NCBI GenBank assembly: GCA_963828255.1
Contig: CAWHDZ010000008.1
Span: 1 to 64,000, forward strand
Source: an uncultured delta proteobacterium
Lineage (GTDB): Bacteria; Myxococcota; Myxococcia; Myxococcales; Anaeromyxobacteraceae
Direction: 5' to 3'
DNA length: 64,000 bases
Under the pieces are notes generated by a model. It did no database searches. It saw only the letters and a program-made list of their open reading frames with translations, and was not told the origin of the DNA. The position numbers and the translations under genes are program-made. Below are positions 22,666 through 31,291 of this stretch, piece by piece. Position 1 is the first letter of the stretch. Every line of letters starts with the position of its first letter.

Positions 22666-24045
22666 ATGGGCGAACCACTGGCACTTCGCGGCGTCCGCGA
22701 CCTTCCCCACAACCTCGAGGCGGAGCAGGCGGTCCTGGGAGCGGTCCTCCTCGACGAGACCGCCTTCGACCAGGTCGCGCCCATCCTCAAGTCGGAGGAC
22801 TTCTACGCGCTGGCCCACCAGCACGTCTTCTCGGCCTTCGAGGAGCTGGCCCGCGAATCGCGCAAGATCGACCCGGTGCTGGTGCAGCAGCGGCTCGACG
22901 CCAAGGGGCTGCTCGGCGCGCAGGTGCCGCGCGAGCTGGTCTTCGGGCTGGCCGCCTCGGTGGGCTCCTCGTCCAACGCCTCCCACTACGCCGAGGCGGT
23001 GAACGAGCTGGCGCGGCTGCGCCGCATGATGCTCACCGCCCAGCGGGTGGTGGAGCGGGGCTACGAGGCCGGCCCGCGGGTGCGCGACTTCCTGGAGCAG
23101 GCGCAGCAGGACGTCTTCGGCGCGGCGCAGGGAAACACGCTCGAGACCATGAAGCCCTTCGCCGAGGCGATGGGCGCCGCCCTCGACCGGCTCGAGGCCA
23201 TCCACGCCCGCGCCAAGGCCGGGCTCTCCCACGTCACCGGCGTGCCCACCGGGCTCCCCTGGCTCGACGACCAGACCCTCGGTCTCCAGCCCGGCACGCT
23301 CTGCATCCTGGCTGCCCGCCCGTCGGTGGGAAAGACCGCGCTGGCCCTCAACATCGCCGCCCACGCGGCCACCAAGGGCGAGAAGAAGGTGGTCTTCTTC
23401 TCGCTGGAGATGCCCTCGGACCAGCTGGCCCTGCGCCTCCTCTCCTCGGAGGCCAAGCTCGACAGCGAGCGGGTCTCCAAGGGCAAGCTCGCCCAGAACG
23501 ACTGGGACCGCATCATGGTGCAGGGCGAGAAGCTCATGGGCGCCCCCATCTGGTTCGACGACAGCTTCATGCTCTCGCCGGTGGAGCTGCGCTCGAAGTG
23601 CCGCAAGCTCAAGCGCGAGAGCGGCCTCGACCTCGTGGTGGTCGACTACCTCCAGCTCATGCACGCCCCGTCCGACCGGGCCAGCCAGTCGCGCGAGCAG
23701 GAGATCGCCACCATCAGCCGGTCGCTCAAGGCGCTGGCCAAGGAGCTTCAGGTCCCGGTGGTGGCCCTCTCGCAGCTCAACCGCGCGGTGGAGAAGCGCA
23801 AGGGGGAGCGCCCCATGCTCGCCGACCTCCGCGAGTCGGGCGCCATCGAGCAGGACGCCGACGTGGTGATGTTCCTGCACCGCCCCGAGCCCGAGGCCGA
23901 GGGCGGCCAGGACGCCATCAACGCCGAGGTGCAGGACATCGAGCTCATCCTGGCCAAGCACCGCCAGGGGCCCACCGGCCTCATGTCGCTGGTCTTCTTC
24001 CGGAAGCACACCTTCTTCGCGGAGAAGAAGCGCGACGCGGGGTAG
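22666..24045 (+). CDS. dnaB: Replicative DNA helicase
   Basis: PHNLEAEQAVLG, AARPSVGKT, FSLEM, DYLQLM, LSQLNR, DLRESGAIEQDAD. Confidence 0.97.
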   Translation: MGEPLALRGVRDLPHNLEAEQAVLGAVLLDETAFDQVAPILKSEDFYALAHQHVFSAFEELARESRKIDPVLVQQRLDAKGLLGAQVPRELVFGLAASVGSSSNASHYAEAVNELARLRRMMLTAQRVVERGYEAGPRVRDFLEQAQQDVFGAAQGNTLETMKPFAEAMGAALDRLEAIHARAKAGLSHVTGVPTGLPWLDDQTLGLQPGTLCILAARPSVGKTALALNIAAHAATKGEKKVVFFSLEMPSDQLALRLLSSEAKLDSERVSKGKLAQNDWDRIMVQGEKLMGAPIWFDDSFMLSPVELRSKCRKLKRESGLDLVVVDYLQLMHAPSDRASQSREQEIATISRSLKALAKELQVPVVALSQLNRAVEKRKGERPMLADLRESGAIEQDADVVMFLHRPEPEAEGGQDAINAEVQDIELILAKHRQGPTGLMSLVFFRKHTFFAEKKRDAG

Positions 24046-24105
24046 GCTCAGCGCACCTGACGACCGAGCCGCGCCGTCGCGTCGAGGTACCGCTCGACGA
24101 GCCGC

Positions 24106-24363
24106 TTGGCCCTCCTCCCGGCGGCCCTCTTCGCCGCCCTGTACTACCGGTGCAGGCGCGGTCCGGTGCTCGTGGCCGCGCTGGCGTGGCTCGCCTACTT
24201 TCCCTACGAGCAGGCGATGAAGATGCGCGTCCTCTGCTCCGGCGAGTGCAACATCCGCGTCGATCTCCTGCTCTTCTACCCGCTCCTGGCCGTGCTCTCG
24301 GTGCTGGCGCTGGTGGCGTTCCTCCGGCACGGGCGGCGCGCGGGCGCGGGGAGGAGCCCGTGA
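24106..24363 (+). CDS. Small membrane protein (CSGECNIRVDLLL motif), probably 5'-truncated
   Basis: Hydrophobic helices; TTG start lies inside repeat copy 1. Confidence 0.6.
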   Translation: MALLPAALFAALYYRCRRGPVLVAALAWLAYFPYEQAMKMRVLCSGECNIRVDLLLFYPLLAVLSVLALVAFLRHGRRAGAGRSP

Positions 24364-24740
24364 AGCCGCCCGTCGCCCTCACGGTCGCGTCGACGGCCCT
24401 GGCGGCGTTCCTCACGGTGGCCATCGAGGTCCGGCTGCGCCCTTCCAGCGTCGGCGCGTTCCTGGTCCTCGCGGCATGGCTGACCGCTCCCCACGTGGTG
24501 ACGATCGCCGCGCTCCTGTGGTCGCGGAGAACGGGCAGGTCGGCCTGGTCGTGGTGCATCCTGGCCTTCGTCGTATCCGCGGGCGGCATTCTCTTCCTGC
24601 TCGACGTCGTCTTCTGGAACCGCGATGCCCAGGGAGCCATCGCGGTCGTGATGACGCCGATCCTCCAGGTCCTGGCGACGGTCGTCCTGGCTCCCCTCGC
24701 CTGGTGGGCATCGCGCCCCGCCCGCGCTCAGCGCACCTGA
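24360..24740 (+). CDS. Small 4-TM membrane protein (DAQGAI motif)
   Basis: GGAGG SD, GTGA overlap with the upstream ORF, four hydrophobic segments; stop lies inside repeat copy 2. Confidence 0.7.
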   Translation: MKPPVALTVASTALAAFLTVAIEVRLRPSSVGAFLVLAAWLTAPHVVTIAALLWSRRTGRSAWSWCILAFVVSAGGILFLLDVVFWNRDAQGAIAVVMTPILQVLATVVLAPLAWWASRPARAQRT

Positions 24741-25500
24741 CGATCGAGGCGCGCCGTCGCGTCGAGGTACCGCTCCACCACCCGCTTCGCCCTCCGCACC
24801 GACTCCTCGAGCGGCATGCCACGCGCCAGGAAGCCCGCCGCCGCCGAGGCCAGCCGGCAGCCGGTTCCGCGCGCGGTCCCCGGTCGGCGCCGACCGGCGA
24901 TGCGGACCACGCTGCGGCCGCGAACCAGGAGATCGACCGGCGCACCGGCCCGGTGGCCGCCCTTCACCAGCACGGCGCGCGACGGCAGGTCCCGGGCGGC
25001 CCGGATCGCCCCCTCCTCGGAAGGGATGGCGTGACCGGCGAGCGCCTCCAGCTCGGGCCAGTTGGGCGTGGCGAGCGCGGCGCGGGCCAGGAGGGCGTGG
25101 AGCGCCGACCGGGCGTCCGGGGTGTCGAGGAGCGGGAGTCCGGACGAGGCGAAGAGCACGGGATCGACGACCAGCGGACCTTTCCGAGCGGCCGGGCGGA
25201 GAGCCGCTCCGCCAGCGCCGACGCGTTGGCCGCGCTTCCCAGCATCCCAGTTTTCACCGCGAGTGGATGCTCCCGGGAGCCGTCGAGGAGCGCGTCCACC
25301 TGGGCGAGGAGCATCTCCGGGGTGGCCGGCACGACGGCCCGGGCCCCGCGAGGGCCCTGGGCGGTGAGCGCGGTGGCCACCGCCCATCCCCTGGCGCCGG
25401 CGGCCGCGAGCGCCTCCAGGTCGGCCAGCAGGCCGGCTCCGCCGCTCGGGTCGAGCCCGGCGCAGACCAGCACCCGCGGTGATTCCACCGCCCGGCTCAC
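24728..25500 (-). CDS. thiD: Hydroxymethylpyrimidine/phosphomethylpyrimidine kinase, 1-bp frameshift near 25176
   Basis: AGLDPSGGAGLLAD, TALTAQ, VKTGML in one frame; VVDPV, TPNWPE, LVKGGH, GTGC in another. Confidence 0.88.
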
Positions 25501-26204
25501 CGGCGCCGCTCCCCGGCCGCCCGCACCAGCCCGCGCAGGATGGCCGCCTGACGCGGGTCGCGCGACGCCAGCGCCTCCGGGTGCCACTGCACCCCCAGCG
25601 CGAAGCGCACCCCCTCGATCTCGATGGCCTCGACGACGCCGTCGGGGGCCCATCCCGACACGGCCACGCCGCTCCCGGGCCGGCTCACCGCCTGGTGATG
25701 GGTGCTGTTCACCAGCAGTGGCTCCGGGCCGACCAGCCGCTCCAGCAGCGAGCCCGGCCCGATCTCCACGACGTGGCTCGGGACGTCCTTCGGAGGCGGC
25801 TGCTCGTGGGAGACCCCCAGGTCCTCGGGGAGGTGCTGGTGGAGCGCCCCCCCGTGCACCACCGCGAGGAGCTGCATCCCGCCGCAGACCCCGAGGACCG
25901 GCATCCCGGAGGCGAGCGCGCCCGCCAGCATCGCCTCCTCGAAGGCGGTGCGCCCCGGGCGGGACGGGCCGCAGGCCGGCCGGCGCGCCTCCCCGTAGCG
26001 CTCGGGCGGGATGTCGAAGTCGCCTCCGGCGACGAGGAGGCCGTCGCACCAGGCGAGGTACTCGGTGGCGAGGGCCGGATCGCCGCAGGGCACGGGGAGC
26101 GGCAGGCCACCGGCGCGGACCACCGCGTCGGCGTAGGCCCGCGGCTGCTCGTACCGGCCGGAGACGTTCACGTCGAGTGGAATGGCGATCCGCGGCCGGC
26201 TCAC
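25497..26204 (-). CDS. Peptidase C26 / gamma-glutamyl-gamma-aminobutyrate hydrolase family
   Basis: GGDFDI, GVCGGMQ nucleophile, VNSTHHQAV, GVQWHPE. Confidence 0.9.
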   Translation of the reverse strand: MSRPRIAIPLDVNVSGRYEQPRAYADAVVRAGGLPLPVPCGDPALATEYLAWCDGLLVAGGDFDIPPERYGEARRPACGPSRPGRTAFEEAMLAGALASGMPVLGVCGGMQLLAVVHGGALHQHLPEDLGVSHEQPPPKDVPSHVVEIGPGSLLERLVGPEPLLVNSTHHQAVSRPGSGVAVSGWAPDGVVEAIEIEGVRFALGVQWHPEALASRDPRQAAILRGLVRAAGERRR

Positions 26205-26857
26205 GGTCGGCTCCCCGCACCCTCGGCGAAGTGGGCCAGGAGCAGCGCCGCCCGCTCCCGGACGTCGCCGCGCGCGAACAGGTCCTCGATCACCGCGGCC
26301 GCCGCCGCGCCAGCCCGGGCCACGTCGGCGATCGTCTCGCGCGAGATCCCGCCGATGGCGACCACCGGAGCGGGGAGCGCCGTGGCCAGTTCCTGGAGCG
26401 CCGTCAGGCCGCGGGGCGCGGCGGCGATCTCCTTCGTTCGCGTCCCGAACATGGGCCCGAACCCCACGTGATCGGCGCCGTCGGCGATCGCGGCGCGCGC
26501 CTCGGCGAGGGTTCGCGTGCTCCGCCCCAGGAGCATCCCGGGGCCCACGATCCGCCTGGCCTCGGCGGCGGGCAGGTCGTCGTCCCCCACGTGGACCCCG
26601 TCGGCCCCGGCCAGCACCGCCAGGTCGGCCCGGTCGTTCACGATGACAAGCGCCCGGCCGAAGGCGAGCGCCACGATCTCCCGGGTCGCCTCGAGGATCG
26701 CGCCGGCCGGGGAGGACTTCATCCGGACCTGGATCACCCCTGCCCCGCCCTCGATCGCGGCGCGGGCCTTCCCGACCGGGTCGTCGTCGCCGACGATGGC
26801 GTAGAGCCCGCGGAGCCGGGTGATCCGCGACGCGTGCTGTTCGGCAAAATCCTCCAT
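26201..26857 (-). CDS. thiE: Thiamine-phosphate synthase
   Basis: GLYAI, IQVRMK, IVNDRAD, DGVHVGDDD, GPMFGTRTK, VAIGGI. Confidence 0.93.
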   Translation of the reverse strand: MEDFAEQHASRITRLRGLYAIVGDDDPVGKARAAIEGGAGVIQVRMKSSPAGAILEATREIVALAFGRALVIVNDRADLAVLAGADGVHVGDDDLPAAEARRIVGPGMLLGRSTRTLAEARAAIADGADHVGFGPMFGTRTKEIAAAPRGLTALQELATALPAPVVAIGGISRETIADVARAGAAAAAVIEDLFARGDVRERAALLLAHFAEGAGSRP

Positions 26858-26880
26858 CGCCAGGCACATTTGCACGTCGC

Positions 26881-26909
26881 TTGACGCGCCGGCAAGCCGG
26901 GCCTATTTT
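26881..26909 (+). promoter_or_regulatory. Sigma70-type promoter
   Basis: TTGACG-17 bp-TATTTT upstream of the 26944 ORF. Confidence 0.6.
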
Positions 26910-26943
26910 CCCGCCTCCCGGACACGCCGCAAGACAAGGACCC

Positions 26944-27120
26944 ATGCCCGATACCCTCGAGAACAAGATCATCGACAAGCGCGTCGTTCGTCGCAACGTC
27001 CGCAAGGGACTGCTCGACGAGAAGGACTTCGACCGTCACCTGAAGTCCCTTCCCGACGTGGCCGACCAGGCCGTCCCGGTCGAGTCGGAGGTCGAGCACG
27101 TCGAGACGGGCGAGGACTAG
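26944..27120 (+). CDS. Small hypothetical protein (DKRVVRRNVRKG)
   Basis: AAGGA SD, typical codon usage, coupled to htrA. Confidence 0.75.
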   Translation: MPDTLENKIIDKRVVRRNVRKGLLDEKDFDRHLKSLPDVADQAVPVESEVEHVETGED

Positions 27121-28496
27121 TGCGGGCCGGCGCGGCCCTGTGCGGCGTCATCGCGCTCCTGCTCCTCCCCGGGGTGGCACCGGCGCAGGCTCCCTCCGCG
27201 CTCCCGCGCGCCGAGCCTCGCCCTCCCTCCGAGCGCCGCAATCCCGTCGTCACCGCCGCCGAGAGGTCGCGCGGCGCGGTGGTGAACGTCTCCGCCGAGG
27301 AGCTCGTCCGCGTGCGGGTGCCCACGCCGGGCGCCGACGTGGGGCAGCTCCTCTTCGAGGAGTTCTTCGGGAAGCCCCGCTTCCGGAGCGGCTACGCCGT
27401 CACCTCCCTGGGCAGCGGGGTCATCGTCTCCCCCGACGGCCACGTGCTCACCAACGCCCACGTGGTGGAGCGGGGGGCCCGCTTCCGCGTGCAGCTCCTC
27501 GACGGGCGCGAGCTTCCCGCCCGCGTGCTCGGGACCGACCCGGCCACCGACCTGGCCGTGCTCCGGGTGGAGACGAAGGAGAAGCTTCCCTTCCTCCCCG
27601 CCGGGCGCTCCGACGACCTCATGATCGGCGAGACGGTGATCGCCATCGGCAACCCCTTCGGCCTGGCCCACACCGTCACCACCGGCGTGGTCTCGGCGCT
27701 CCACCGCAAGGTGGGCGACCCGCGCCGGCAGCTCTTCGACATGGTGCAGACCGACGCCTCCATCAACCCGGGCAACTCGGGTGGACCGCTGGTGAACATC
27801 CAGGGACAGCTCATCGGGGTGAACACGGCCATCATCGGCGACCGCAGCGCCGGGATCGGCTTCGCCATCCCCATCGACCGGGCGCTCCGCGTCGCCGAGG
27901 ACCTGATCCGGCACGGCGAGGTCCGCGAGGGGTTCACCGGGGTCGCTGTCAAGGACGAGCCGGTCAAGTCGGACCGGATCGGGGGCGACCGGGTGCGCGT
28001 GCAGGTGAGCGCGGTGGAGGCCGGGTCGCCTGCCGCCGCGGCCGGGGTCAGGAAGGGCGACGTGGTCGAGTCGGTGGCCGACGCGCCGGTGGAGAGCGCC
28101 GCCGAGTACCGCTTCCGCGTGCGCGACGTCCCGGTGGGCGGCACCGTCCGGCTCGGGATCGCGCGCGGCAAGGACCGCCTCCAGCTCTCCGTGCGCCTGG
28201 TCGAGCTCTCGCCCGAGCGGGCCGAGCAGGTCATCCTGAAGGTCACCGGCCTCGTCCTCGGCGAGGAGAAGGTGCGCGGCGGCGCGGTGGTGGTGGTCCG
28301 CTCGGTGCGGCGCGGGAGCCCGGCCGCCGAGACCGGCCTGCAGGCCGGCGACTGGATTCGCGAGGTCAACTCGCTGGAGATCACCTCGCTGGCCGAGTGG
28401 AGGAAGGCGGCGGTCCAGGCGCGCACCGCCGGCCGGCTCGTGCTGCTCGTGCAGCGGGGGTTCGCCGCCGAGCGCGTCGCCTTCGATGTGGACTAG
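27120..28496 (+). CDS. HtrA/DegP-like serine protease with PDZ domains
   Basis: GSGVI, TNAHVV, TDLAVL, DASINPGNSGG; two PDZ-like segments; signal peptide. Confidence 0.92.
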   Translation: MRAGAALCGVIALLLLPGVAPAQAPSALPRAEPRPPSERRNPVVTAAERSRGAVVNVSAEELVRVRVPTPGADVGQLLFEEFFGKPRFRSGYAVTSLGSGVIVSPDGHVLTNAHVVERGARFRVQLLDGRELPARVLGTDPATDLAVLRVETKEKLPFLPAGRSDDLMIGETVIAIGNPFGLAHTVTTGVVSALHRKVGDPRRQLFDMVQTDASINPGNSGGPLVNIQGQLIGVNTAIIGDRSAGIGFAIPIDRALRVAEDLIRHGEVREGFTGVAVKDEPVKSDRIGGDRVRVQVSAVEAGSPAAAAGVRKGDVVESVADAPVESAAEYRFRVRDVPVGGTVRLGIARGKDRLQLSVRLVELSPERAEQVILKVTGLVLGEEKVRGGAVVVVRSVRRGSPAAETGLQAGDWIREVNSLEITSLAEWRKAAVQARTAGRLVLLVQRGFAAERVAFDVD

Positions 28497-28505
28497 AATC
28501 GCGCC

Positions 28506-28799
28506 ATGACCGACGCCCCGCACCACGGCCCCGTGGACTTCGGCACCTTCGTCCTGTCCCTCGGCTCGTCGGCCCTGGTGCACCTCGGCGAGATCCAGCA
28601 CCCCGAGAGCACCGAGGCCAAGGAGAACCTGGCCCTGGCCCGGCAGGTCATCGACCTGCTCGCCATGCTGGAGGAGAAGACCCGCGGAAACCTGACCGCC
28701 GAGGAGACCCGCTTCCTCTCCGACCTTCTCGCCGACCTGCGGCTCAAGTTCGTGGAGAAGAGCCGCGGGACGGCGGCGAAGCCCGGCCCGGCGACGTAG
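28506..28799 (+). CDS. DUF1844 family protein
   Basis: DFGTFVLSL, ARQVIDLLAMLEEKTRGNLT, LRLKFV. Confidence 0.85.
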   Translation: MTDAPHHGPVDFGTFVLSLGSSALVHLGEIQHPESTEAKENLALARQVIDLLAMLEEKTRGNLTAEETRFLSDLLADLRLKFVEKSRGTAAKPGPAT

Positions 28800-28803
28800 G
28801 GCG

Positions 28804-29076
28804 CTACAGGCCGGCTTCGACGTACGACTCGGCCAGCCTCCGGATCAGCTCGCGGCGGATCACCCGTCGCGTCCGCGCCAGGGCGTCGGGATCCCGCGAG
28901 GGGCGCCGGGTCCGCCGGGCGGCCGCCTCCACCACCCAGGCGATCCGGCGGGGGTCGAGGCGGGCAGGCTCGCGCCGGCGACGCTTCAGGAAGAACCCGA
29001 TCCCCCGCTGGTCGAGGACGCGGTGGAGCGAGCGCCGGGCCTCGGCGGTGAGCGTGAGATCGACGATGTTCGCCAC
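28804..29076 (-). CDS. Small basic hypothetical protein
   Basis: Fills the gap downstream of bioD; GTG start inferred; Arg-rich and helical. Confidence 0.5.
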   Translation of the reverse strand: MANIVDLTLTAEARRSLHRVLDQRGIGFFLKRRRREPARLDPRRIAWVVEAAARRTRRPSRDPDALARTRRVIRRELIRRLAESYVEAGL

Positions 29077-29129
29077 GGAGCGATCTCTAGGATCGATCGC
29101 GGGATCGATCCATTTTCCTGCCGCCAGGC

Positions 29130-29801
29130 TCAAAACTGGACAGCGCCGGCGAGCCGATCCGGGAGCAGGCGGGCGCGCAACCGCGCGTCGGGCTCGTACG
29201 GGATCGACGCCAGCACGCGCACGCCGGTGAGCCGCTCGATCTCGGCGGCGTTGTGCGGCTCGGAGGGATCGGCTCCCGCGCAAGCGCGGTTCAGCACCAC
29301 GCCGGCGACGGCGAGGCCCCGGGCGCGCAGCGCCTCGCAGGTGAGCGCCGTGTGGTTCACCGTGCCGAGCCCGGCGCGGGCCACGACCAGGACCGGCATC
29401 CCCAGCGCCACGGCCAGGTCGGCGTATGTTTCACTTGCGGTGAGTGGCACGAGCAACCCGCCCGCCCCCTCGACGACGGTGGCCTGGTGCCTGCGGGAGA
29501 GCTCCGCCGCGCAGGCGAGCACGTGGGCCATCGAGATCTCCACCCCCTCGAGCCGGGCCGCCACCGCGGGCGCGAGCGGCGCCCGGAGCGCGTACGGGCA
29601 GACCAGCTCCGCCGGATCGGTCTCGCCGGCCGCGGCGCGCAGGCGGTCGGCGTCGGTGGGCAGGCCGTCCCCGACGCCCGACTGGGCCGGCTTCATGGCC
29701 CCCACGTCGATCCCGCGGGCGCGGGCGCCGATCACGATCGCCACGGCGACCTCGGTCTTTCCCACTCCGGTGTCGGTCCCGGTGACGAAGAGGCCGCGCA
29801 T
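29130..29801 (-). CDS. bioD: Dethiobiotin synthase
   Basis: FVTGTDTGVGKT, MKPAQSG, EGAGG, LGTVNHT. Confidence 0.94.
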   Translation of the reverse strand: MRGLFVTGTDTGVGKTEVAVAIVIGARARGIDVGAMKPAQSGVGDGLPTDADRLRAAAGETDPAELVCPYALRAPLAPAVAARLEGVEISMAHVLACAAELSRRHQATVVEGAGGLLVPLTASETYADLAVALGMPVLVVARAGLGTVNHTALTCEALRARGLAVAGVVLNRACAGADPSEPHNAAEIERLTGVRVLASIPYEPDARLRARLLPDRLAGAVQF

Positions 29802-31189
29802 CAGAGCCGCGCCACCGCCGCGTCGATCGATTCGACGGTGATGCGCCCGAGCTCGCCGAGCTGCGCCCCGGTCATGGCGAGCGGCGGCATGAGCACCACC
29901 ACGTTCCCGAGCGGGCGGAGGATGGCCCCGCGCCGGCGCGCCTCGAGCGTCACCTGGTGGCCGGCGCGCAGCTCGAAGGCGTACTCCTCCTTGGTGGCTC
30001 GATCGCGCACCAGCTCGATCCCCACCATGAGCCCGCGCCGGCGGACCTCCCCGACGTGGGGATGGACGGCGAGCGGCGCCAGCGCGCGGGCCAGCGCGGC
30101 CTGCCTGGCGGGCAGTCCGGCCAGGATCTGCCGATCGCGGAAGAGGCGCATGCTGGCCGTGGCGGCGGCGCAGGCGAGCGGGTTCCCGGTGAAGGTGTGG
30201 CCGTGGAAGAAGGTCCGGCGCGACTCGAACGGCCCCAGGAAGGATTCGAAGACCTGCTCGGTGGTGAGGGTCGCGGCGAGCGGGAGGTAGCCGCCGGTGA
30301 GCCCCTTTGCGACGGTGAGGATGTCGGGTCGGACCCCCTCCTGCTCCACGGCGAACATGGTCCCGGTGCGGCCGAAGCCGGTGGCCACCTCGTCGCAGAC
30401 CAGCAGCGCCCCGTGCCGGTCGCAGATCTCCCGCATGCGGCGCAGGTAGCCGGGGGGCTGCACGATCATCCCGTCCGCGCCCTGCACGAGCGGCTCGATG
30501 ACCAGCGCCGCCACCTTTCCGGCGTGGGCCTCGAAGACCTTCTCCACCTCGTCGGCGCAGGCCATGCGGCAGTCCGGCCAGGTCTTCGCGAGCGGACAGC
30601 GGTAGCAGTACGGCTGCGGCGCGTGGCGCACCGGGAAGAGCAGCGGCTTGAAGATGCGGTGGAAGAGGTCGATGCCGCCCACCGACACCGAGCCGATGGT
30701 GTCGCCGTGGTAGCCGCCGCGGATGGCGACGAACTCCTTCCGCTCCGGGTCGCCGCGCAGCTGGAAGTGCTGGTAGGCCATCTTGATGGCGATCTCGGCG
30801 GCGGTGGCCCCGGCGTCGGAGAAGAAGACGCGGGTGAGGCCGGGCGGCGCGATGCGGACGAGCTCCTCGGCGCACTCGATGGACGCGGTGGAGGCGAGGC
30901 CGAGCAGGGTGGTGTGGGCGATGCGGCCGAGCTGGGCCACGATCGCCGCGTCGATCTCCGGAACCCGGTGGCCGTGCACGTTGCACCAGAGGGACGAGAC
31001 GCCGTCGAGGTAACGGCGCCCCAGCGTGTCGACGAGGAAGACCCCGTCGCCGGAATCGATGACCACCGGGTCCTCGCCGAGCCACTCCTGCATCTGGGTG
31101 AAGGGGTGCCAGAGGTGGCGGTGGTCGGCGGCGACGAGCTGTTCGTGTCGGGCGCGCGCGGCCTCGCCTGCGTCGGTGTCCTGGGCCAT
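29801..31189 (-). CDS. bioA: Adenosylmethionine-8-amino-7-oxononanoate aminotransferase
   Basis: LWHPFTQM, SSLWCNVHGH, DEVATGFGRTG, AKGLTGGY, HGHTFTGNP. Confidence 0.95.
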   Translation of the reverse strand: MAQDTDAGEAARARHEQLVAADHRHLWHPFTQMQEWLGEDPVVIDSGDGVFLVDTLGRRYLDGVSSLWCNVHGHRVPEIDAAIVAQLGRIAHTTLLGLASTASIECAEELVRIAPPGLTRVFFSDAGATAAEIAIKMAYQHFQLRGDPERKEFVAIRGGYHGDTIGSVSVGGIDLFHRIFKPLLFPVRHAPQPYCYRCPLAKTWPDCRMACADEVEKVFEAHAGKVAALVIEPLVQGADGMIVQPPGYLRRMREICDRHGALLVCDEVATGFGRTGTMFAVEQEGVRPDILTVAKGLTGGYLPLAATLTTEQVFESFLGPFESRRTFFHGHTFTGNPLACAAATASMRLFRDRQILAGLPARQAALARALAPLAVHPHVGEVRRRGLMVGIELVRDRATKEEYAFELRAGHQVTLEARRRGAILRPLGNVVVLMPPLAMTGAQLGELGRITVESIDAAVARL

Positions 31190-31291
31190 GGGGCGCACAA
31201 GCTAGCGCAGGAGGCCACGCCGGGGAAGGCGGACGAGGGCGGTCAACGGATCATGCCGACGATGACCAGGTTGACCAGGGGAGCCTCCTCG

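Larger units (their letters stand above)
24046..24795. repeat. 70-bp direct repeat (24046-24115 and 24726-24795) equal to the thiD 3' end
   Basis: 64/70 identical; minus-strand translations RAKRLVERYLDATARLGRQVR* and RAKRVVERYLDATARLDRQVR*. Confidence 0.93.

Noticed and set aside
24106..24740. Integron cassette array
   Set aside because: The ORFs look cassette-like but there are no attC (RYYYAAC...GTTRRRY) sites and no integrase
24046..24795. Repeat pairs (thiD tail, metH copies) as DGR template/variable repeats
   Set aside because: Mismatches are not adenine-specific (mostly C/G third-position changes) and no reverse transcriptase is present
25170..25190. Programmed frameshift in thiD
   Set aside because: No slippery heptamer; one missing base in a short run explains it and other indel errors occur in the window
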